Source of the DNA: Ginglymostoma cirratum
Lineage: Eukaryota
Reading direction: 5' to 3'
DNA: 64,000 bases
Assembly (NCBI GenBank): GCA_024137785.1
Contig: JAHRHZ010000155.1
Location: forward strand, 832,537 to 896,536
Part shown: positions 37,701 to 49,700 of the stretch, piece after piece
Numbering within the stretch: the stretch's first letter is position 1
Layout: the number at the start of each line of letters is the position of its first letter
Position numbers and translations under genes: made by a program
Notes under the pieces: generated by a model
Database searches by the model: none
What the model saw: only the letters and a program-made list of their open reading frames with translations
Told to the model about the DNA's origin: nothing

Positions 37701-40700
37701 TCATAGTTTTAAGTAAATCAATGTGCTCCCACTCTACTCTAGCCAAATAAAATCTGAACTTTTTACACTGGATTTTTCCATGTTTAGAACTTTGATTTCA
37801 AGCCCATCCTTCTCCTTTGTCAAAACAATTTTGGATTTTACAGAGTTATTGCCCAGGGGCGGGAGTTATTGCACCGGGGGCAGCATGGTGGCTCAGTGGT
37901 TAGCATTGCAGCCACACAGCGCCAGGGACCCGGGTTCGATTCCAGCCTCAGGCGACTGTCTGTGCAGAGTTTGCACATTCTCCCCGTGTCTGTGTGGGTT
38001 TTCCTCCGGGTGCTCCGATTTCCTCCCACAGTCCAAAGATGTGCAGGTTAGGTGGATTGGCCATGCTAAAGTGCCCGTAGTGTTCAGAGGTGTGTGGATT
38101 ATAAGGGGATGGGTCTGGGTGGGATGCTCCAAGGGTCGGTGTGGACTTGTTGGGCTGAAGGGCGTGTTTCCACGCTGTAGGGATTCTGAGTTATGATTGC
38201 CGTCTGCAAAATGCTCCCCTAATGACATTTCAACCACTTGCCCTGCTTCATTCCCTAAAACTAAGTACAGGTTCACGCCTGTTCTTGCAGGGCCTTCCAT
38301 GTACTGGCTTATAAAGCTCTCCTGGATGCATTGTAAAAATTCTGTTGCTTTAAACGTTTCACACCATGATTACCTTATTTAATGTTGGGAAGGAAGTAAT
38401 CTCCCACTGTCACTATCCTAGTCCTTCTAAACTCTCTGAAAGTTGATTGCATACCTGCATTTTTTTTTTCCTCTTTGGTTGTCTGGGGGCCTGTAGTACA
38501 CTTATAGTAATGTGATTGCACCTTTTTAATTTTTACTTTGAACCGATATGGCTTCAGTTGAGGAGCCTCCTAACATGTTGACCCACCTACTGCTGTAGTT
38601 AATTCCCTGATTAACATTGCCTTTACCTCCTTCCCTTTCTTCACCAGAAGACCTTGTCTCCTGGAATATTGAGCTGCCAATCCTGTCTCCCTCCCAACCA
38701 TGCCTCAGATATGACAATGACATCATACTCCCAGGTTTAATTTGTACTCTCAACTCATTTGCGTTGTTCATCAGGCTTCCTGCATTGAAGCAATACCATT
38801 CAACCTTGCCAATCTACCTTGTGCCTTAACGGAGCAATACTTCCTATGCCTTCCTGACTCAGTTGCTCTCTCTTCTAGTTCTGGTTGTGCTTCTCCCCAT
38901 GCTGAACCTCAGGACTCAGCCAACAACAAAAACAGGAATTGCTGGAAAAGCTCAGCAGGTCTGGCAGCATCTGTGGAGAGAAATCAGAGTTAATGTTTCA
39001 GATTACTCAGAACTTCTGCGGGATCCAGCCCCCTGCCAAGTTAATATTAACCCTACCCAACAGCATTCGCAAACTTCCCCACAAGGATGCTGATACCATT
39101 CCTGTTCCACTGCAACACATCTTTTCCACTGCCGCTAAAAAGTGTCCCAATGCCCCAGAAATCTAAAGTCCTCCTTGTAGCACCATCTCTCCAGCCACAC
39201 ATTAAGCTGGATGACCCGTGTATGTCTGTATTCATGAGAATGTGGCACTGGAAGTAATCAAGAGATTACTATCTGTAAAGTCCTATATTTTACTCTACTT
39301 CCTGGTGCCCCAACTTATGCTTTCAGGACTGCAACCTTATTTTCAATATATGACGTTGGTAACAATATGTACCACAATTTCCAATTGTTTGCCTTCCGCT
39401 GTAGATGTTGAAGGCTGTCTACACTCACATTGCACAGTGATGGTAATGAAGCCCTCCTCTGTTGCATATTCATTCTCTGCCACACACTGATAGTCTCCAG
39501 TCTCCCTGGATGTAATGTGAGGAATCTCCAACCACAGCTCGTTGTTGGAACTTGTCCTGTTCATTGTGACATTAAGATGTCTCCACATCAGGTTTGAAGC
39601 TGGGAAACTCTCAACAGAGCAGATTATCACTGCAGAATTCCCCTCAATTATATTGATTGATGAATCTTGAATTATATGAGGAGAAGTAATTGAGAGATTC
39701 TGTGGTGTATCTGAAAACAAAGGAAGAGAATATTGTGACAGAACAGTAAACAGCAGGATACTATGCAGATATTTCTGTGTTTAATGCCCCTGAATTTCAT
39801 TCACTTCCCCGCTATGAAAGTTTTTATGTTATATTTATAATGGACATTGCCCATAAATTATCATTATATTCTCTCACCACCAGAGCAGCTGTCCATCAGG
39901 AAAGAAAAAAGTTATTTTCATGTCCTCAGGATGAGCCCAGGTTCTTGTCAGCTATTGGATAATATTTATTCATTGCATTACTGAGTGATATGATATAACT
40001 GCAGACCACATCAGGGCAAAATCTGTCTGCTGCCCAGTACGTTCATTTTAGTAAGTAGACAACATCTGATTTGTCAGATACTTAGTAAGAGAATAAATCC
40101 ATGAGATGCAATAGTTTTGAATAAACAGAAATAAGATTTCTGATGCAAAGGTACAGTCTCCAATGTATGTACCACATATATTCTAACATCCAGAATTAAA
40201 CTGAGGTCAATATGGGTAACAGACAAACTGAGATTAAAGACACTCCAGAGCACGTTAAATGAAAAATGAGGTGAAGACAGATCTTTGAGCGTACCCCAGA
40301 TATTAATGACGGTGTAGTTCATCATATTCTCAATGTTAAGTTCCCAGGTCTAACTGAATGGGATGATCAAACAGCGGCTGGGATGACTTCATGTGCTGCT
40401 ACCACACAGAACGAGTGACCTTCAGTTAGCTTTTCAGCAGCTGTGTGAGCAAACCTCAGCCTTCACGGAGCCTGTCCTGTTTTTTAATCTGTCTCACTCC
40501 TAGGTTCTATGTTTCTCGTTCTCTTTGTCTCTCTCTTTCTTCTCCTCATGCTGTAACTATCTAACTGACTCAAACACAAGCTAACCGAACCCTTGGATTA
40601 ATCTGAGTGATCTATTGAAAATTTGGCAACGAGCAGCATGTTTGTACAAATGTATGGTTGACAGTATTAATGGAATGCAGTGTTCTCTGAATGTTACAAT

Positions 40701-43700
40701 ATTCTCAGATTGCTGTTGTACACAGCAAATGGATTCAACTGAAAAAAAATACTGAGAACGGATAAATCTACCATTCTCTGTGCGCTGCTTGTTAAATAGT
40801 TTCTAGGTACTCCGGAGGTTATATTGCTCCAACATGGAGTGAGAGCTGGTAATGGATGAACATGTATATGTGTGTGTACATCTGAGAGATGTTGAAGTCT
40901 GTGTGCACTCACATTCCAAAGTGATGGTTATAGAGCCCTCCACTGCTCCATGTGCATTCTCTGCCACACACTGATAGTCTCCAGTCTCACTGTATGTAAC
41001 GTGAGGAATCTCCAACCAAAGCTCGTTGTTGGAACTTGTTTCGTTCATTGTGGCATTAAGATATCTCCACATCAGGTTAGAAGCTGGGAAGCTCTCAACA
41101 GAGCAGATTATCACTGCAGAATTCCCCTCATTTATATTGATTGATGAATCTTTAATTATATGAGGAGAAGTAATTGAGAGATTCCGTGGTGCATCTGAAA
41201 GCAAAGGAAGAGAATATTGTGACAGAACAGTGCACAGCAAGATGCTGGTTTTTCTGTATTTGGTGGTTCTGAATTTTCATTCACTTTCCTGCTATGTAAG
41301 TTTCTATGTGATACTTCTAATGGATATTGCATATGTAAGCTGTCATTATATTCTCTCACCACCAGAGCTGCTATCCATCGGGAAAGAAAAAAAGTTATTT
41401 TCATGTCCTCAATATGACTCCAGGTTCTTGTCAGCTATTGGATAATATTTATTCATTGCATTACTGAGTGATATGGTATGACTCCAGACCAGATCAGGCC
41501 AAAATCTGTCTGCTGGCCAGTATGTTCATTTTAGCAAGTAGACAGCATTTGATTTGTCAGATACTTAGTAAGAGAATAAATCCATCAGATGCAATAGTTT
41601 TGAATAAACAGAAATAAGATTTCTGATGCAAAAGTACCGTCTCCAATGTATGTGCCACATATATTCTAACATCCAGAATTAAACTGAGGTCAATATGGGT
41701 AACAGATAAACTGTGATTGAAGACACTCCAGAGCACATTAAATGAAAAATGAGGTGAAGACAGATCCCTCAAATCTTTGAGCAGTACCCCAGATATTAAT
41801 GACGCTGTGGTTCATCATATCTCAGTGTTAAATATGGAAGTGGAATTTCTTTCTGACATACTAGTGGCTTTATTCTGAAACCTAAGTGAATCCCAGGCTT
41901 TTTTCTGAATCCTTATTTCAACATTTAGCAACTGGCTCCCTGGACTACTCTTGGGTCCTAACATAGCTGCAACAACAAGTTCCCAGGTCTAACGGAATGG
42001 GATGATCAAATGGCGGCTGGTACCTCTTCATGTGCTGTTACCAAATACAACAAGTGACCTTCAGTTAGCTTTTCAGCATCTGTGTGAGCAAACCTGAGCC
42101 TACACAGAGCTTGTCGACCCAATTTAGCCACAACCTCTGGCTGTTCTCACTCACCCAGAAGGATTATCCTATGAAATCCCTGACCCTGGCTGCAGAGAGC
42201 AACACGCTATCTTAGAGTGACATTGTCAAAAATCATACGATATCAGGTTATAGTCCAACAGGTTTATTTGAAAACACAAGCTTTCGGAGTCTCTGTCCTT
42301 CCTCCATCATCAGACACAAAATTTATATGCAAAAAATGAAAGCATCATTGAATTGATATGAATGTATTGAACAAACCTAAGATGGCTGTTAAATCTTTAA
42401 TCGGTTAGAAAGAAGATGCAGGTTTCTATTGATAAATATGCAAATCCAAGAATTTCTTTCAAGTCACTGCCCTGAGATAACTAAAGGTTTTATCAGTATA
42501 CCAGAGAAGACATCTCAGGTCACGCAATGCATGTTAGATGTGAGGCCTTGTTTAGAATCTGTCTGTGTTTTAGCTTGGAGTCAGAGCTGACAGCTGCAGA
42601 AATATCTATCTGTTCCTAAACTAAAAAAATCCCCACTCGGTACTGCACTTCCACTCTTCCCTCACCTCTCCTGTATAGCTGGGCCACCCATAGTATCTCG
42701 GCCTTGTGTGCTGCTGCGCTTCTCCAGAGATCCATCACCAACACCCAGACAGAAAACCAGCTGCTGTGTGGGACCAGGGAGAACTCCTGCACTACCTGCC
42801 TGTTTCTCTTGGACTGCCAGGTATTCACACATTCCCTATCTGCCTGCTTCCCCCTGACATGTGGTATAATTATGTGAAGGGTTCAGACCCCAAACGTCAA
42901 CTTTCTTACTCCTCTGATACTGCCTGGCCTTGTGTGTTCCTCCACCTCCACACTGACTGTCTTGTTGGGACTGTTTCAGGGGACTGTTAAGAATCAACCA
43001 TGTTGCTGTGGGACTAGAGTAACAAGAAGGACTGTCCCAATAAGAACAGCAGATTTCCTTCTGTAAAGGTCATTAGTCATCCTGAGGGCTTTGTACAAAA
43101 ATTGACAGTGGTTGCATGGCCACTAGATTTTTATTCCACATTTTTGCCATCTGCCACAGGGTTGAACCTGTGTCTCCCAAAGCGTGAGCCAGGATGTCTG
43201 GATTATTAGACCAGTGATATTACTTGTACACCACCATCTCTCCTGCTTCAGTAAGGAGACCACAACTGCACACAGTGGCCCAGATATGTTCAGGGCCCTA
43301 AACAGTTGTAGAAAAACACCTCCCAAACTTTTATTCCCGAATCACATTGCAAAAACTACCGACATCCTACTTGTATTCCAAAGCACCTGCTGCACCTGCT
43401 ACGGATATCTATTTGTAATACACGTACCAGGAATCATTTGAGAGAGCATTAGAAGTTCTGAATGACACAATATTAAATTACAGGGTGTTTAGAGCATTCT
43501 AAAGGTCTGAAAAGATGTGAAATTGCTCACATTCTACGGGAGTTTGGACAGGGAGAAACTGAGATGCCCAAGCTGTTTGTTACTACACAGTAGTAGGAGA
43601 TTTCCACCTCAAATTCATAAATAACAGTAATGGTTTGACCAGATAACATCAGATCAATGACTTTTGGTCTCATTCTGACAGATGTATTGCGGAGAGCATC

Positions 43701-46700
43701 TTTCAAATGGAAAACTATCAACGCATTAAACACTGAGATAAAGGAAAGAGTGTTGATGGAATATTCCCCACTTGACTGTATGAGTGCGGCTCCAACAACA
43801 CTCAAGCAGCTCAACACAATCCAGGACAAAGCACCCTACTTGATTGACACAACATCCACAAATATCCAATAACTCCATAACTGATGCTCAGTAGTAGCAG
43901 TGTGTACCATCGACAAGATGCACTTCAGAACTTCACCAAGGCTACTGAATCAGCACTTCCCAAACCCACAAGCATTTCCATCTAGAAGTACAAGGGCAGC
44001 AGGTATGTGGAAACACTGTCCCATGGAACCCCACCTCTCGCAAGTTGCCCTCCAAGTCACACACTATCCCAACTTGGAAATATATCACCATCCCTTCAGT
44101 ATTGCCTGTTTCAAAATCCTAGGACTGCCTCCCTTAATTGTGGTACGTACAGCACATGGACTGCAGTAATTCAAGAAGACAGCTCAACACCACCTTCTCA
44201 AGGGGTAATTGAGGACAGGCAGTAAATGCTGGTCCAGCCAGTGACATCCACATTATGTGAATGACTACACATAGGAGTGATGTTTAATCACAGGATTTGG
44301 ATAGGAATTTAACTTGAATACAGGTCCAAGTTTAGTATTCAATAAACTGCGCTGGTCCCTGTATTGCAGATGCTTTAACACAGCATTACAATAAGATTAC
44401 AATGGAGGAATGTATCTCTGCTCTGTGCCAGTGTTTCAGAAGTTCAAAACCTTCTCTCACCCCTCCTAATGTTCCTCCCATCATTATTTCCATCCATTCC
44501 TTTATCCCACATATCCAGCCACCACCACCTGCTTCAATATATTGACACGATTCACCTTGACCACTTACATTCTATCCTCCCTACTTTCTGTGGAAGTGAG
44601 GCCCACATTCCTGCCACTGTCTGTGAGAATGAGTCCCATATTCTCCTTGCTACTCCTTGTGAGAATGAGTCCCACATTCTCTTAACCACTCCCCATGGGA
44701 GTGAGAGCTCTATTTCTCCCACTCATGTGGATATAAGTCCCACATCCTCCCCAAAAACTCCCAGTGGGTGTGTGTCCAACATACCACTCCCCATTCCCGT
44801 GGGAGTAAGTCCCACATTCCCCACCCACTCCCTGTCAGATAAGTGTTACATACACTCCCTGTGGATGCATGTCCCACATTCCACCCCGCTCCCTGTGGAA
44901 GTGTGTCCTATATCCTCTTCCAGTGTCTGAGAGGAGGTGGGGGAGGATTTTCTCTTGAATTCCCCACAAGAACTGTTTTCTATTGATGGCCCTTTACTTA
45001 TCTCCTCACTCCTGGACAAGTTATGTCTCCTCGATCAAAACCCCTTTCAGAATTTTACAAACCTTGGTAAGGTCACCCTTCAGCCTCTCTGTCCTGAAGT
45101 AACATCACTGGACCAAAAAAAAAAGCTCTGTTTCTCTCTCCACAGATACTACCAGACCTGCTGGGTTTCTCCAGCATTCTGTGTTTCCATTTCACCCTCA
45201 GTCTTTTCTGGGGAAAGAAGTTCCAGCCTGTTTATTTTAGTTTTGGCAGATAGTTATAACCTCTCAGTTCTGGGATCATCCTTTGTCAATACTAATTGAA
45301 CCCAGTTCAAAGTGTCATTTCATATAAGACTGCATGCTGTTCAATTTTAATGTTTTTGATGATGGAATCATCACTGAATGAGCCCAGTAATATATTCCGT
45401 TCTCTTGCTGATCCTTGGGAATGTGAAGAGGAGTCACTTTCTGGAATACAACTGAGTGTCTCACTGCATCTGTTTTAGAGTCAACCACATTGCTATGGAT
45501 CAGAGGCACATGCAGGCCAGGCTGGGTAAGGACAGCATTTACTTCCCTAAAGGGCATTAATGAACCCGATGGGTTTTACAACAATCGACAATAGTTGCAT
45601 GATCGCTAGCTTTTGATTCTATATTCTTATGGAATTCAAATGTCACCTTCTGTCATGGTGGGTTTGAACCTGTCCCCCACAGAGCATGAGCCAAGGGTCT
45701 GGATTATTATAACAGTGACATTTCCAGTACGCCACCAACTCTCCTACTTCAGTAAGGAGACCAAAACTACTCACAGTGCTCCGCAATTGTGTTCAGGGCA
45801 CTACACAGCAGTAAAAAAAAAAACTCCTGACCTTTTATACATGATTCACATTGCAACAGCCATCAACATCCCACTTGTATTCCAAAGCACTTGCTGCACC
45901 TGCACGCAGTCTTTTAGGATTCATTTGAGAAAACATATGAATGACAGAATAAGAAAATACAGACATGTGGATCATACTGAAGCTTCAAGAAGATGTGAAA
46001 TTGTTTTAAAACTAGGATTAAAAGTACTCACATTCTATGGAAACTTGGACAGGGAAAGACTGTGAGCTGCCCAGGCTGTTTGTTGCTACACAGTAGTCGG
46101 AAATATCCACCTCAAGTCCATAAGGAACAGGTTTGGTTTGACCAGATAATGTCAGATCAGTGACCTTCCCTTGGGAGATCTTAAACCAGCTGAATCTGTG
46201 GACTGCTGGATTCCCATCACTGGAACAACTTAGAGAAACGGTCTTTCCTTTTCCTGTTGTCATTCTGACAGACGTATTGCAGGGAGAATCTTGCAAATGC
46301 AAAATTATTAATTCATTAAACACTGAGCTAAAGGAAGGAGTGTGATGGAATACTCCCCACTTGCATGGATAGGTGTACTTCCAACAATACTCAAAAAGCT
46401 CAACACTATTCAGGACAAAGCAGCCTGCTCAATTGGCACCACATCCAAAGACATCTACCCTGTCCACCATCGACCGTCTGTAGCAGCAAGTATTTACTAT
46501 CTACAAGATGTACTGCAGAACTTGGAACCATAGAATTCCTATGCTGTGGAAACAGCCTATTTGGTCCATCGATCCCACACCAACCCTCCGAAGAGCATCC
46601 CACCCAGACTCATTCCTGCTCTGTAAACCTGCATTTCCAATGGTTAATCCACATGGCCTGCACATCCCTGGACAATTTGGGCGATTTATCATGGCCAATG

Positions 46701-49700
46701 CACTTAACCTGCAAGTCTTTGGACTAGGTCAAAAGTCACACGACATCAGGTTATGGTCCAACAGGTTTGTTTGAAATCACAAACTTTTGTAGCACTGCTG
46801 CTTCATTAGGTGAAGTGAAGAAAAGTGCACAGGCATAGAATTTATAGGCAGAGAGATCAGTGGGTGGAGAGATCAAAAGATCATACTAAATGGTGTGAGT
46901 GGAGTGTCGAATAATAATAAGTCTCTGCAGGTGATCAAAAGTGTCAGACAGTGTGAGTCAAGTATCAACAGCTGAATCATAAGTGAAGGGGATGATCTAC
47001 CTCATACACTGCAGGCAAGGTATATTGGTGAGACTTTGCAGATGCTACGGCAATGGATGAATGGATACAGTGCAACAATTGCCAGAGAGAAATGTTCCCT
47101 CCCAGTTTAGCAGTCTAGGAGATACACAACAATGTAGAATTGCTGAGCAGAAACTGATAGCCACATTCTGTATCCATGTTGATGGCCTCAACCATGATCT
47201 CAGGTTCATGTTATGCTACATATAACCCCACTATACTGATCTATATTTGTAAAACCTTCCTTTTTGTCTTGTTTTGACAGCATCACCTTGATAACTTATT
47301 ATGATCTCCCTACCTTAATTAGTTTGTATGGTTTTGGATTACTTATTACTTTAGTTAGACCGTCGGCATGTGACTCTTATACCTATCATGTTATTCCAGC
47401 CATTTGGTTTGTCTCCAGCACCACTTTATTTTTAATTTTTTTTGTAAATATCTCTCTGCCTCAATTAATTGGACTTTTGATCATCCCCTTCACTTACTAT
47501 TCAGCAGTTGACACTTTCCTCACATTGTCTGACACTTTTGATCACCTGCAGAGATTTATTATTGGACACTCCACTCACACCATCTGTATGATCTTTTGAT
47601 CTGTCTGCATATTGATCTCTCTGCCTATAAATTCTGTGCCTATGTGCTTTTCTTCACTTCACCTGCTGAAGGGGCAACACTCAGAAAGCTTGTGATTTCA
47701 AATAAACCTGCTTGTTTATAACCTGGCGTGGTGTGACTTCTGACCTTGTCCACCCCTGTCCAACACAGTGCGAACCACGGGTCACCGTGTCACTCAAGGC
47801 TTCTTAGGCAGAACCTTCCAAAATCTCAACCGTTCCACCTGGAAGGACAAGGGCAACAGATACATGGGAACAGCATCACCTACATGTTCTCCAAGTTACT
47901 CGCCATTCTGTCTTGGCAATATATTACCATTCCTTCAGGGGCGCTGGTGTCAAAATCCTGGAATTCCCTCCCTAAGGGCTTTGTGGGTCCATCTCCAGCG
48001 TGAGGACTGCAGCGGTTCAAGATGGTGGCTCAGCGCCACCTTCTGAAGGGGCAATTAGGGACAGGGAATAAATGCTGGTCCAGCCAGCGACATGCATATT
48101 CAGTAAATGACTATACGTAAGTGTGATATTTAACAGCCGGATTTGGATAGGAATTGAATATACTCACAAGTTGTAGACACTCCATGTTTAACCTGTGCTG
48201 GTTCCTGACTCCCAAATTACTTTACACAGAATTACAACGAGACTACACCACAGGAGCGCCCCCTCTACTCTGTACCAGTGTTCCTGTTTCACACCAGCTC
48301 CTCGTATCTCTCGCCACCTCGTGTGCTTCTCCAGCTTCCCCTACTGCAACATATCAACACGATTGACTTTGACCATTTCCTGTGGGAGCAAGTCCCACAT
48401 TCCCCCCACTCCTTGTGCAGTGAGTCCCACATTCTCAAGCCACTATCTAGGGGGAAGATGTTTCTCCTGAATTACCCCATTGGATTTATTTGGGACTGTC
48501 TGCTATCGATGGCCCTTGTTCTGGTCTCCCCCTCTCCCCACAAGTGAAAACATCTTGTCTATGTCTCCTCGAACAAAATCCTTTTCAGAATTTTAAAGGT
48601 CATCCCCTCAGCTTCTGCTTTTCAAGAAAAAAGAGCCTCAGACTGTTCAGTCTCTCCCAACGGCTGTAACCTCTCACTTCTGGGGTCATCCTTTGTAAAT
48701 CCTTTTCCAATACCTGATTCAATGCAAGATCGACACCATCTCAGTCACAGGCAGCAATAACTTACACTTCACACTCAAGGTGACCGAGTTGAACACTCGG
48801 TGGTTGGTTTGAGGGTAGTCACAAGTACAGCGGACAGTTTGATGGTGATGTATGTGTGAAGGGTTAAAGGTCAGCACTGTAAAAACCTCGCCCTCGCTCT
48901 CTGTGGTGTCACTGACTGAGGAAGACGGCAGCTCGCTCCAGGTCAGTTTGGGAGGGTTATCAGGGCAGGTGTGGAGAGCTTTACAGATGATATAAGCTGA
49001 CGTCCCTTCCCGTAAATCCCTCGGAAGTAACAACTCGGGACGGTCAGGAATATCTGTAAAATGAAAATAGCCAGATGTTAACATTCATTGTACGTGTATT
49101 TGGGTTGATTCTATAGTTTTGCATTGGAACCTGGACTCTTAAAAACTCAAGGGCAGTCAGCCCATCCAATCCATGCCGGCTCAAGCAATCCTGATCACTT
49201 CCCATCATTCTGTGAATTTATTTCCCTCAATTGTCTATCCAGTTTCCCTTTGGAATCATTGATCAAAACATCTTCTACCCCACCTTGCAGACAGCGAGTT
49301 CCAGATCACAACTGCTCTTAGAAACATAGAAAACAGGAGCAGTTTTGGGCCATTCAGCCCTTCAAACCTGCCCCATAATTCAGTATGATCATGGCTGATC
49401 ATGCAGTGATGTGGCAGAAGTGGGAACCAGTATAATAGGCACTTATTAGACTCATCTACCAACTTGTCAATAACGCAGCACTCCCTCAGCACTGACCCTC
49501 CAACAGTACAGTACTTCCTGAGTACTGATCCTCTGATAGTGTGGCACTATCTCAGCACTGACTCTCTGACAGTGCGGCACTCCCTCATCACTGCCCCCCC
49601 CTCCCCCCCAACAGTGTGGCACTCCCTCAGTACTGACCCTCCAACAGTGCAGCACTCTGGGATCACACCCATTTGAAGTTGATGTTCATGTTGATACCTC

